A DNA stretch of 64,000 bases from a virus (lineage: Duplodnaviria; Caudoviricetes), in the IMG/VR virus record IMGVR_UViG_3300035419_000202, positions 1 through 64,000 of that record; one strand, 5' to 3'. The notes beneath the pieces are model-generated. The model was not told where the DNA came from, made no database searches, and was given only the letters and a program-made list of their open reading frames with translations. The position numbers and the translations under genes are program-made. Shown one piece after another: positions 35,790 to 45,268 of this stretch; positions within the stretch are counted from its first letter, which is position 1; the number at the start of each line of letters is the position of its first letter.

Positions 35790-35803
35790 AAAAGTAGTAT
35801 AAT
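35775..35803 (+). promoter_or_regulatory. Internal sigma70-type promoter TTGACT-N17-TATAAT
   Basis: TTGACT 35775-35780, TATAAT 35798-35803, directly before ATG 35810 (near-leaderless). Confidence 0.75.
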
Positions 35804-35809
35804 AACAAG

Positions 35810-37489
35810 ATGTATGATATAATTTTCGTGTCTGCAAAAGAAAATAGAACACAGTATAAAAAACTGTGTGATAGATTCCCTACGGCTAAGTTTGCAACAA
35901 GTTTTGAGCAAGCACAACGTAAAGCTCTGAGCGATATGTTTTATGTTGTTTGGGATGATGTAGATGTACAGGATAGTTTTGCATTTGATTATGAAGTTCC
36001 TAAATGGGATAGAAAATATGTACATACATTTTTAAATGACACATACTTTGATGGTATATGTTTAGTACCAAAGGACATACATATATCAGCAAAAGAAATA
36101 AAACACAGATTTTTTGTAAACAAAAAAGAAGTCGACATAGTAGCAAGTATGCCAACTAGGTATGACGTTTTTCATATAGATTCTTATAAAGATTACGAAG
36201 AAGCACTTGAAAAGTGTAATACCGATATGTTTTGGTGTATATGGAAGAACGTAGAACTAACCAAAAGTGTCATACTAGCGTCATACTTTAGTCACCACAA
36301 TAGTTATGATAGAAATGAAAACCATGTATACAAAAATGCATGTAACGATGAAGAAAGTTATCACGGTGGTGTTGTACTTGCATCTGTTAACAAGCCTTTG
36401 TCTAAAAGAGAAGTAGAACATAGATTTTTAATCAACAGAAAAGAAGTTGATGTAGTTGCTAGTAGATACAGATACCCAAAGCATGTTGTTAGCTCGTATG
36501 AACAGTATGAAAAAATACTATTAACAGAAACAAGTCCTTTGTTTTGGTTAGTTTGGGATAACGTTGATGTAACTGATAAAACAATATTTGATTTGTACTA
36601 CAATCCTACAGATGGCAGGTATGATGCTGACAGAGAAATGCATCATGTGTATAAGCATTTATTTAAAGGCGAGGAAACATATCACAATGGTGTTGTGCTA
36701 ACAACTACCAAACACACACTAGGTAGACGTGAATTTAACAGTAGGTATGTTGTAACAAGAAAAGAACACGAACGAGTAGTATCAGAGCCGTTGCCTTATG
36801 ATGTCGTATTCATTAGTTATAAAGAGCCCAATGCTGATAAACATTTTCAAAAATTACAAGATAAAATTAGGCAAGACGATCCAAGAATAAGTTTACGTTG
36901 GGTAAGAGATGTTAAAGGAATACATCAAGCACACAAAAAAGCCGCTGAGTTATCATCAACTAGAATGTTTTTTGTAGTAGACGGCGATGCTGATATGTGT
37001 GATGATTTTAAATTTGATTACCAAGTGCCTGTGTGGGACGAAACAACTGTACATGTATGGAGAAGTATAAATCCTGTTAATGGATTACAGTACGGTAACG
37101 GTGGTGTTAAACTGTTACCAAGACTACTTACAGAAAATGTAGATGTTAACACAACTGACATGACTACTAGTATTAGTGATAGATTTAAAGTTGTAGACCA
37201 AATAAGTAATTATACAGTGTTTAATACTGATGCATATAATACTTGGAAAAGTGCATTTAGAGAATGTACTAAACTAGCAAGTAAAAGTATTACTGGACAA
37301 ATTGATGATGAAACAGAAGATAGATTGCAAGCATGGCTACATCCTATACCAGATGCATCATTTAGAGCAGAAGCAAAACGTGGTGCTGAACAAGGCACTG
37401 TGTTTGGAAAAGAAAATAAAAACAAGCCCGAAGTCCTTGCACTTATTAACGACTTTGATTGGCTAGAGGAAAAGTTTAATGATCAATAA
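35810..37489 (+). CDS. Multi-module GT-A glycosyltransferase, 559 aa
   Basis: Three degenerate repeats (F..VW/IW D...H.(F/Y)...Y..G(I/V)(C/V)L...E...R(F/Y)...K) plus a C-terminal domain YDVVFISYKEPNA...FFVVDGDA...YGNGGVKLL...WKSAFRE. Confidence 0.75.
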   Translation: MYDIIFVSAKENRTQYKKLCDRFPTAKFATSFEQAQRKALSDMFYVVWDDVDVQDSFAFDYEVPKWDRKYVHTFLNDTYFDGICLVPKDIHISAKEIKHRFFVNKKEVDIVASMPTRYDVFHIDSYKDYEEALEKCNTDMFWCIWKNVELTKSVILASYFSHHNSYDRNENHVYKNACNDEESYHGGVVLASVNKPLSKREVEHRFLINRKEVDVVASRYRYPKHVVSSYEQYEKILLTETSPLFWLVWDNVDVTDKTIFDLYYNPTDGRYDADREMHHVYKHLFKGEETYHNGVVLTTTKHTLGRREFNSRYVVTRKEHERVVSEPLPYDVVFISYKEPNADKHFQKLQDKIRQDDPRISLRWVRDVKGIHQAHKKAAELSSTRMFFVVDGDADMCDDFKFDYQVPVWDETTVHVWRSINPVNGLQYGNGGVKLLPRLLTENVDVNTTDMTTSISDRFKVVDQISNYTVFNTDAYNTWKSAFRECTKLASKSITGQIDDETEDRLQAWLHPIPDASFRAEAKRGAEQGTVFGKENKNKPEVLALINDFDWLEEKFNDQ

Positions 37490-38042
37490 ACATTTTTGTG
37501 TACCTATTTTAGTTAAAGATAATTTTTGTTTGGAAGAAATTCCTGCAATGAAAAAAATTATTGATAACGAAGTAGTAACTAACACGACATTAGATGCACG
37601 TATACAAACAACACATCACACTAACCAACAATTATTTCAATATAGAGAATTTGATAATTTTAATCAGGCTATGTTACAAGAGGCTTTTCACTTTATGAAA
37701 GATCTTGGTTATGCTGGAGAGAGTGTTGGTATTACAAATATGTGGGCAAACAAAGTAGGCAAGCATGACTATCATATGCCGCATGTACACGGTGGAGCCA
37801 TTGTTACAGGTGTGTATTATTTAGATGCTCCTAAAGATGCAAAAATTAACTTTAGTACAGCAAGTTATGATTTAGAAATACATCCTGAAGAGCAAACAGA
37901 ATATAACGAAACTAAAGTATCTTACGATTGTAAGCCTGGTAGATTAATTTTATTTAAAGGAACAACAAAACATTGGTGTGACAGTCATTTACAAGATGAC
38001 TACAAATACACACTAGCATTTAATGTTGCACGGCGTCTATGA
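37479..38042 (+). CDS. Putative Fe(II)/2OG oxygenase (TIGR02466-like)
   Basis: WANKV...HMPHVHGGAIVTGVYYL...PGRLILF.G..KH...Y.LAFN. Confidence 0.8.
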   Translation: MINKHFCVPILVKDNFCLEEIPAMKKIIDNEVVTNTTLDARIQTTHHTNQQLFQYREFDNFNQAMLQEAFHFMKDLGYAGESVGITNMWANKVGKHDYHMPHVHGGAIVTGVYYLDAPKDAKINFSTASYDLEIHPEEQTEYNETKVSYDCKPGRLILFKGTTKHWCDSHLQDDYKYTLAFNVARRL

Positions 38043-39022
38043 GTAACTACGAACAAATACCATGGCAAGATATAACAGAGTTTGGCCAGAAAACTATGTT
38101 AAAGAGCCATCTTTTTAACGTTTCTTGGATACTGGCTAGATTTTGTAATTATTCATGCAGTTATTGCTGGCCATACGCAAGATCTAGTACCCCTGACCAC
38201 CAAGATCTAGAATTGTACTTAAACACTATAGATAGTATAAAGACACAAGCTCGTGCAAATGGTTTTACTGATTTCCACTTTAGTTTTTCTGGAGGTGAGC
38301 CTACAGCCTATAAATACTTTAACAAGATAGTTGAGCATTATGCTAACGATAGTGAACCAGAGTATCAAAGCATACACATGACAACAAATCTAAGTCCGGG
38401 CGAAAAATGGTGGGCTAGATTTATTGAAAATACTCAAAGTCTTGAACGTAGAAGTATAACCGCAAGTTATCACGCAGAATTTGCAAACGAACAAGAGTTT
38501 GGCGATAGATGCTTGCAACTAATAGATGGAGGTGTTTATGTTACGATTAATCAAGTTATGGTTCCAGAAATTTTCGGAGTTCTTTATGAAAGGCTGGAAC
38601 GCTTTGCCGCCAGAGGTATTAGCGTCACTCTCAAGCCCCAGTCCGATCCTACCGCCTCCCACGTGGTACATGGATACACTGAAGACCAGATCGCAACAAT
38701 GCGAACTGGATTCCCACAAACATGGAAAGGCAAAGCCGTTCCACAAGTCCTACTCAAAGATAATAAAGGAGTAGAGTACGAATTAGATCAAGCAGAAAGA
38801 TTTAATGCGTTTGGCTTTAATAAATTTAATGGTTGGGAATGTAACGCAGGGTATCAAAGTTGCGTTATACGTAGCAATGAAGTAAAGCGGGCATATAGTT
38901 GCCACCAAGAAGCCTTAGGCACGCTTACAGACGGTTTTACGCTGTTTAAGACACCATCTAAGTGTGTTACTAACACTTGTGTAAGTAGTGCAGATAGCAA
39001 AATACCCAAGAGGAAGATATGA
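38039..39022 (+). CDS. Radical SAM enzyme with C-terminal Cys (twitch-like) domain
   Basis: CNYSCSYC, FSGGEP; C-terminal CNAG...C...C....C. Confidence 0.9.
   Translation: MSNYEQIPWQDITEFGQKTMLKSHLFNVSWILARFCNYSCSYCWPYARSSTPDHQDLELYLNTIDSIKTQARANGFTDFHFSFSGGEPTAYKYFNKIVEHYANDSEPEYQSIHMTTNLSPGEKWWARFIENTQSLERRSITASYHAEFANEQEFGDRCLQLIDGGVYVTINQVMVPEIFGVLYERLERFAARGISVTLKPQSDPTASHVVHGYTEDQIATMRTGFPQTWKGKAVPQVLLKDNKGVEYELDQAERFNAFGFNKFNGWECNAGYQSCVIRSNEVKRAYSCHQEALGTLTDGFTLFKTPSKCVTNTCVSSADSKIPKRKI
38538..38774 (+). CDS. Candidate overprinted +1-frame protein (78 aa) nested in the radical SAM gene
   Basis: GGAGGT at 38528-38533, ATG 38538; coincides with a 50% GC patch and abnormal C-ending codons in the host frame. 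Confidence 0.5.
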   Translation: MLRLIKLWFQKFSEFFMKGWNALPPEVLASLSSPSPILPPPTWYMDTLKTRSQQCELDSHKHGKAKPFHKSYSKIIKE

Positions 39023-39732
39023 TGTTTGGTATACTAGGGTATGGGTTTGTTGGCAAAGCAACTAAATTAGGATTAGATTTACCTGATGATACAACTATCC
39101 ATGACATTGATTTAGGTACAGATAGAAGTATATTAGATAGTGCCGAAACAGTGTTTGTATGTTTACCCACTGAAACAGATAGTGATATTGATGTTTTAAT
39201 TAGTGAAGTACAACAGCTCAAAGCAGACACAGTTATAATACGTAGTACATTGCCACTTGGTACATGTAAAAGAATAAACAAATCATGTGTAATATACATG
39301 CCAGAGTTTTTACGTGAAAGGCATTGGAAAACAGACTGCCTTAATCGTCCTTTAGTTGTAGGATGTGATAGTAATATTCCAACATGGCTTAAATATGACG
39401 AGGACATAGTAGAATGTTCTACATTAGAAGCAGAGCTTGTAAAAATGTTTTCCAACAATCTTGCGGTAATGCGTATAGCGTTTGCAAATATATTCTACGA
39501 TATAGCAAACAATGTTGATGCAGATTACAACAATGTAAAAGATATGTTTCTTGCTGTACAACCAAAACAGTCATATTTAGACGTTCCAGGACTTGACGGT
39601 AAACAAGGATTCGCTGGCAAGTGTTTGCCAAAGGACTTAGACTTTTTAATATCTACTATGAATAATTTAGACATGAATACAAATATATTTGAGCAAGTAA
39701 AAGAACTTAACAAGGGTTGGCGTGATGTATAG
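39019..39732 (+). CDS. UDP-glucose/GDP-mannose dehydrogenase family protein (short form)
   Basis: GILGYGFVG, FVCLPT, IIRST, PEFLRE, AELVK, GFAGKCLPKD with catalytic Cys; C-terminal domain absent. Confidence 0.85.
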   Translation: MMFGILGYGFVGKATKLGLDLPDDTTIHDIDLGTDRSILDSAETVFVCLPTETDSDIDVLISEVQQLKADTVIIRSTLPLGTCKRINKSCVIYMPEFLRERHWKTDCLNRPLVVGCDSNIPTWLKYDEDIVECSTLEAELVKMFSNNLAVMRIAFANIFYDIANNVDADYNNVKDMFLAVQPKQSYLDVPGLDGKQGFAGKCLPKDLDFLISTMNNLDMNTNIFEQVKELNKGWRDV

Positions 39733-40711
39733 GTTAGATCAAATAAGAGACATACATTTAGAAGTTACTTCGCGATGTCAAGCACGTTGTCCAATGTGCC
39801 CAAGACGTATGCAAGGCGGTCCTATGATGCCGTTTGTAACACTAGACGATATAAACTTAGAAACATTTAAAGAATGGTTTCCGGTTAGTTTTATACAACA
39901 ACTTGACAAAGTTAATATGTGTGGCAACTTAGGTGATCCTATTATTAACACAGAGACACTTGACATATACAAATACTTACGCGAAGTAAACCCTAACATC
40001 ATTTTGCAAATGCATACAAACGGTAGTGCAAGGAATAGTGCATGGTGGCAAGAACTTGCTAGTGTTGGTGTAACTGTAGTATTTGGAATAGACGGTTTAG
40101 CAGATACACATTCTCGTTATAGAATAAACACAGACTTTCACACTATACTAGTAAATGCAAGAACATTTATAAAGGCAGGCGGCAATGCTAGATGGGATAT
40201 GTTAGTGTTCCGTCATAATAAGCATCAAGTAGAAGATTGTAGACAACTTGCGAGCGAACTAGGTTTTAGTGATTTTAAATATAAGAATTCTAGTAGATTT
40301 AAAAATGGTCAATTTAATGTTTTAGATGATAATGGAAAAACAATTGATATTTTGTATCCAACAGAAACAAGTGAAAGTTTTATAAAAATAGTAGAAGAAG
40401 CAAAACAAGAAATAAACCCAACAATAACTTGTAAAGCACAAGAATCTAATTCTATATATGTTGGTGCTAATGGTAACATAGCACCTTGCTGTTGGCTAGA
40501 CTTAGAATGGCTACCACCAGTTAGCGAAAGTAGAATTGATTACATGGATAAAATAGGAAATTTTCCTAATTTAAATAAACATACATTACAAGAAATATTT
40601 GACAGTAACTTTTTTAGTAGTATAGAAAGCACATGGTCAAACGGATGTTTAAAAGAATGCCAAAAACAATGTGGCAAGTTTGATAAACTAGGAGCTCAGT
40701 TTGAAAGTTGA
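39722..40711 (+). CDS. Radical SAM enzyme with C-terminal SPASM/twitch domain
   Basis: CQARCPMC, CGNLGDP, HTNG; C-terminal CKA...PCCW...C...C..QC. Confidence 0.9.
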   Translation: MMYRLDQIRDIHLEVTSRCQARCPMCPRRMQGGPMMPFVTLDDINLETFKEWFPVSFIQQLDKVNMCGNLGDPIINTETLDIYKYLREVNPNIILQMHTNGSARNSAWWQELASVGVTVVFGIDGLADTHSRYRINTDFHTILVNARTFIKAGGNARWDMLVFRHNKHQVEDCRQLASELGFSDFKYKNSSRFKNGQFNVLDDNGKTIDILYPTETSESFIKIVEEAKQEINPTITCKAQESNSIYVGANGNIAPCCWLDLEWLPPVSESRIDYMDKIGNFPNLNKHTLQEIFDSNFFSSIESTWSNGCLKECQKQCGKFDKLGAQFES

Positions 40712-41300
40712 TATTGAAGACGTACTATTTTGGATGGACGCAATTCGTAACAGCGAAAATCGATATCGTACCTTAGAAAGTTTTTGGAAAGGTCAAGTAC
40801 ATAGCAAACTCTGGTTAATAGAACAAATGCAAGAATACAAAGTTCAAGGTAGTATTGCTGTATACGGAGGCTGGAATGGAGTACTTGCAAGTTTATTGTT
40901 CAACAGTGACTTGTGCATACCAGAAATTGAAAGTATAGATATTGATCCTAGTTGCAAGCCTATTGCAGAAACTATTAACATGCGTTATCATATGGACGGA
41001 AGATTTTTTGCTACAACAGCAGATATGTGCGAGTACACTACAGATGCAGATGTTGCTATTAACACTAGTTGCGAGCATTTAACACAAGAGCAATATGATA
41101 AATGGTTAAGCAATATTCAGCCAGGTACTAAAGTAGTTCTACAAAGTAATAACTATGTTGACCTTGATGAACACATAAGATGTGCAAGTAGTATGGAAGA
41201 TTTTGTACAGCAATCAAAAATATATGTTGCATATGTTGGAGAATTTAAAACACCTAAGTATACAAGATATATGATTATAGGACATAAATTTAATGCGTAA
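40701..41300 (+). CDS. Class I SAM-dependent methyltransferase
   Basis: IAVYGGWNG motif I, SIDIDP, ADM, INTSCEH; TTG start with AGGAG. Confidence 0.75.
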   Translation: MKVDIEDVLFWMDAIRNSENRYRTLESFWKGQVHSKLWLIEQMQEYKVQGSIAVYGGWNGVLASLLFNSDLCIPEIESIDIDPSCKPIAETINMRYHMDGRFFATTADMCEYTTDADVAINTSCEHLTQEQYDKWLSNIQPGTKVVLQSNNYVDLDEHIRCASSMEDFVQQSKIYVAYVGEFKTPKYTRYMIIGHKFNA

Positions 41301-42588
41301 AACGTTTTGCCCGTTACCGTGGATACATTTAGCAACTAGACCAAATGGCGATGTTAGAGTTTGTTGTACAGCAAACGCTAGTGGCGCAGGCAAGACCGAC
41401 GACAAGGAAGTAGGACTTGTTAAACAAGATGGTATTAACATGAATCTACGTGATCACACTATCGAGGAAGTTTGGAATAGTGAGCAAATGCGTAATACTA
41501 GATTGCAAATGCTTAATGATGAAATCCCTTCAAGTTGCAGAAAATGTTTTGAAGAAGAAGAAAAGGGTATAAAAAGCAAAAGGAATTGGGAAACTGAAGT
41601 GTGGAATGAAAGGATTGATGTACAAGAAATTGTTGATCAAACACAAGAAGACGGCACGTTGCCTGTAAACATACCTTACTTTGATTTAAGATTAGGTAAC
41701 CTATGTAATTTAAAATGCATTATGTGTAGTCCGCATGATAGTTCAAAGTGGGTCAAAGATTGGAAATTACAATATCCGAAATACGAACTTATAGATTTAA
41801 AACAAGATCAAGGCTGGGATCCTAGTTTTGATTATGTATGGTATAAGAAAAGTAGTTTCTTAGACTCTGTAAAAAATCAAGCACACCATATAAAAGAATT
41901 ATACTTTGCTGGCGGCGAGCCGTTACTCATACCAGAACATTATGCAATACTACAATTTATGATAGACGAAGGGTATGCAAAAGATTGTATACTTAGATAC
42001 AATAGTAATGCTACAGACATATCGCAAAGGTTGCTAGATATGTGGGAATACTTCAAAGAAGTAAAATTTAATTTTAGTATTGATAGTGTTGGCGAAAAGA
42101 ATGATTACATAAGACATCCTAGTAAATGGGATAGCATTGTAAGTAATATGCATTTACTTGATAACACTTCAGACCATATTACTGTTAATCTTGCCTGTGC
42201 TGTACAACTTCTCAACGTACATAGTTTAGCAGAACTTGCACAATGGAAGTTAGATCAAAACTTTAAAAAAATAAACCGTGCGCCTTATGGCGGAGGCATT
42301 ATAGGGTTGCATTTAGTGTACTTACCGTCGTACTTAAATGTACGAGTACTACCTCAAGACTTAAAAGACCAAGCCGCAGATACGATAAGTAAGTTTGCTA
42401 ATAGTATTAACACACACGAATTCATAAACAGTGCTTATGGCAAAATGCGTTGGTTAGGATTAGTTGATTATATGAATTCAGAAGATTGGTCACATAAACT
42501 TCCAGCGGCTGTACAATACTTAGAAATATGCGATAAAACAAGAGAATTAAACTTTAGAAATACGTTTAAAGAATTGAGAAATATATGA
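41293..42588 (+). CDS. Radical SAM enzyme with N-terminal twitch-like domain
   Basis: CPLPW.H...VCC...CRKC; CNLKCIMC; AGGEP. Confidence 0.9.
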   Translation: MRKTFCPLPWIHLATRPNGDVRVCCTANASGAGKTDDKEVGLVKQDGINMNLRDHTIEEVWNSEQMRNTRLQMLNDEIPSSCRKCFEEEEKGIKSKRNWETEVWNERIDVQEIVDQTQEDGTLPVNIPYFDLRLGNLCNLKCIMCSPHDSSKWVKDWKLQYPKYELIDLKQDQGWDPSFDYVWYKKSSFLDSVKNQAHHIKELYFAGGEPLLIPEHYAILQFMIDEGYAKDCILRYNSNATDISQRLLDMWEYFKEVKFNFSIDSVGEKNDYIRHPSKWDSIVSNMHLLDNTSDHITVNLACAVQLLNVHSLAELAQWKLDQNFKKINRAPYGGGIIGLHLVYLPSYLNVRVLPQDLKDQAADTISKFANSINTHEFINSAYGKMRWLGLVDYMNSEDWSHKLPAAVQYLEICDKTRELNFRNTFKELRNI

Positions 42589-43241
42589 CACCTGAAGAAA
42601 TTGAAAGAGGACTACGTTGGCAAAGTTTAGTCAACTTAGGTAACCAAGTAAAACTAAAATGGCATATTGACCATCACCAAGTTGAGCAACAACTAGAACA
42701 GTTTAAGGACAACTGGTGTCCATACAATGCTAAGAAAGACACTCACAATAATCGTTGGGGACTACCAATAACAAGTCACACTGGCGATGTAATGGACAAT
42801 TATCATTTGAATAGTTTTGGTCATATGCAGAAATACCATGATATAGAAATGAAGGAAGAAAATTTTAATACACCAACAGAAGTGTATAATAGTATTCCAG
42901 AAATTAAAAGATTGGTAGATGTGTTTGCACCTGATATTGGTCGTGTACATATTGTAAAAGTAGACCAAGGAGGCTTCTTCCCTCCACATAGAGATTTCCA
43001 TGGTGTAAGTCCAGAATACTTTAGATTGCTAGTAGTGTTTGGACGTTGTAGTCCTGAAAATTATGTACAGATGATAGATGGTAAACCATTATATCCAGAA
43101 CCTGGGTTTGTTTATTTTACAAACTTCCAACTAGATCACAGTGTGTTTAGTTTTAGTGATAACTTGTATTCGTTAATTTTAACAGTAAAATTAAATGAAC
43201 GTACACAACAACTAGTTCTAGATAACACAATGGCAGAATGA
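42585..43241 (+). CDS. Aspartyl/asparaginyl beta-hydroxylase-like Fe(II)/2OG dioxygenase
   Basis: GGFFPPHRD (HxD) ... DHSVFS distal His. Confidence 0.75.
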   Translation: MTPEEIERGLRWQSLVNLGNQVKLKWHIDHHQVEQQLEQFKDNWCPYNAKKDTHNNRWGLPITSHTGDVMDNYHLNSFGHMQKYHDIEMKEENFNTPTEVYNSIPEIKRLVDVFAPDIGRVHIVKVDQGGFFPPHRDFHGVSPEYFRLLVVFGRCSPENYVQMIDGKPLYPEPGFVYFTNFQLDHSVFSFSDNLYSLILTVKLNERTQQLVLDNTMAE

Positions 43242-44161
43242 AACTCTCTTACAAAGATCCTGCAAAGGCAGATTGGTTTTTAGTTAGTTGGACACTGTCT
43301 AACAAATGCAATTACCGATGTTCCTATTGTCCAAGTAGACTACATGATGGAAGTACAGGGCATAAAAAGTGGGACACTGTTAAAAACTTTGTAGAAAACT
43401 TTAACGCTAATGGCAAACAAATTTGCTATAGGATTTCAGGCGGTGAACCTACCTACTGGAAACATTTTATTGACATGGCTAAACTTGTAAAACAGCAAGG
43501 ACAGTATTTTAGTTTTCTAACTAATGCAAGCCAAAAAGTAGAATACTTCGCAGAGATAACAGAACATACTGACGGAATGATTATAAGTTATCACCCTGAG
43601 TTTGCTGACATTGATCATATAATAGAAGTTATAAAAGTAATGACTTGTCCTGTTGCTGTCAATCTTATGATGTTACCTGATAATTTTGACGAGCTATTAG
43701 ACATTGCAGAACGCTTGTTTAATTGTAGTGACAATGTAATGATATGGCCAAAAGTTATTTTAGACAAACAAGAAATTGAAGGCTACCCTACTAACGAAGT
43801 AAGTGCATATTCAATGTCACAACAAAATATTATAACCAATTGGCCTTATACACGTAACCTAGATGACACAAAATTACACAGAGGCGGCTTACTATTAGAT
43901 AGCAAGGACATTAATGCAAATGACTTAATAGTCAACGAGCTTAACGCACACAAAGGTTGGAACTGTTGGGCAGGTTTGGATATGATTAGTATTGACATGT
44001 GGGGCGACATATACCGTGCTGAATGCCAGCAAGGTGGCAAGATAGGTAATTTAGAAAAATATAATTTGCCTGATAAAACAATTACGTGCGGTAAAGAAAA
44101 ATGTTATTGTTTAAGTGATATCTATTTACGTAAAGAGTTGATTGCTGTTCAACAACTTTAA
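43238..44161 (+). CDS. Radical SAM enzyme with C-terminal twitch-like domain
   Basis: CNYRCSYC, SGGEP, TNAS; CWAG...EC...C....C.C. Confidence 0.9.
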   Translation: MKLSYKDPAKADWFLVSWTLSNKCNYRCSYCPSRLHDGSTGHKKWDTVKNFVENFNANGKQICYRISGGEPTYWKHFIDMAKLVKQQGQYFSFLTNASQKVEYFAEITEHTDGMIISYHPEFADIDHIIEVIKVMTCPVAVNLMMLPDNFDELLDIAERLFNCSDNVMIWPKVILDKQEIEGYPTNEVSAYSMSQQNIITNWPYTRNLDDTKLHRGGLLLDSKDINANDLIVNELNAHKGWNCWAGLDMISIDMWGDIYRAECQQGGKIGNLEKYNLPDKTITCGKEKCYCLSDIYLRKELIAVQQL

Positions 44162-45268
44162 TTCACTATCAAATGTTAATACAAAGTGTTGACTGTCAGC
44201 CTTTCTGTATGCCATACAACATATTAAATTATTCTTTACATGTGGTCTACCTAACAGGTAATCTGTAAGATACAAAGTGTTAGTATTTCCATTTTCGTCA
44301 ACACTCATTATAGGACAACTAGGTGTACCTGATGGAAAAAATATTGCTTTGTTGTTTAGTGCTACACCGCAACGATATCTATATTTGCCACCAAAGTTAA
44401 GACCAATACCAAAAGTTTTGCTTTCTTTTGTATCGGTATCAAATATTATGCCCCAATTACTGTCTTGAGTATATTCGTCTCCATACGGTAGTGCAATTAT
44501 TTTATTATTAACTAATACGCCACTATTGTATTTTTTAGCAAAGTCATGAGGTAGTCTCATGTTATAATATGTTGCTTTGTTAGTAGTTGTATCAAATTCT
44601 ACTATTTCGTTCATACCAGGTGTTTCGCCAAATGGCAAACTATACAGTATATTATCTTTGACTATTATATCACTAAACTTTCTAGTAATGTTACTGTTTA
44701 CATCTAGCTCAAAACTTTCAAAGCCTTCGCCGTCAAAGCTCAACAGTTTGTTGTAACCAGGTTCATCGCCTCTTGGCATGCTCCAGTATTTTCCATTACA
44801 GTACACAGTTCCCATGTGTAACTTTTTACCTTTGTAGGGTAGTTTATGTTCTGTAACTTTGCCGTTGTTAATATACAATCCGTAGTTAGTACCTTCGTAA
44901 CCTAAAGGAAAACTAAAAGCAGACGTACCGTTTGATGCAATGCTGTAAAATTGTCCTTTGCCTGCAAATGGTAATTTGTGATATACTACATCATTGTCTT
45001 TAATTTGTACCACAACATTGAGTTCGTCGTATATACCGTATGGTATAAGCCATAAGTCGTTATCTAATACAATAGGAGCATTAGTTTTGCTAGTAGCAGG
45101 CGGCAGATCTAATGTTATAGTGTCTTTATTAAAACGCCAAACATCTGCATAATTTTTACATTGTTCTGTAGCAAATGGTGGGCTTGTTAAAGTATTATTC
45201 CAGTCAAGGAGTAATAGGTGCTTTATACTTTCTTCTTTGTAAAAATCTTCAAATGCTTTATACATCAT
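44126..45268 (-). CDS. Beta-propeller repeat protein, 380 aa
   Basis: About 7 repeats of LWLIPYG / AFSFPLG / YWSMPRG / LYSLPFG / IIALPYG / AIFFPSG. Confidence 0.65.
   Translation of the reverse strand: MMYKAFEDFYKEESIKHLLLLDWNNTLTSPPFATEQCKNYADVWRFNKDTITLDLPPATSKTNAPIVLDNDLWLIPYGIYDELNVVVQIKDNDVVYHKLPFAGKGQFYSIASNGTSAFSFPLGYEGTNYGLYINNGKVTEHKLPYKGKKLHMGTVYCNGKYWSMPRGDEPGYNKLLSFDGEGFESFELDVNSNITRKFSDIIVKDNILYSLPFGETPGMNEIVEFDTTTNKATYYNMRLPHDFAKKYNSGVLVNNKIIALPYGDEYTQDSNWGIIFDTDTKESKTFGIGLNFGGKYRYRCGVALNNKAIFFPSGTPSCPIMSVDENGNTNTLYLTDYLLGRPHVKNNLICCMAYRKADSQHFVLTFDSELKLLNSNQLFT

Noticed and set aside
38519-38746. Antisense 75-aa ORF over the GC-rich patch
   Set aside because: No SD or promoter; the +1 sense ORF explains the third-position bias better. 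Not fully excluded.
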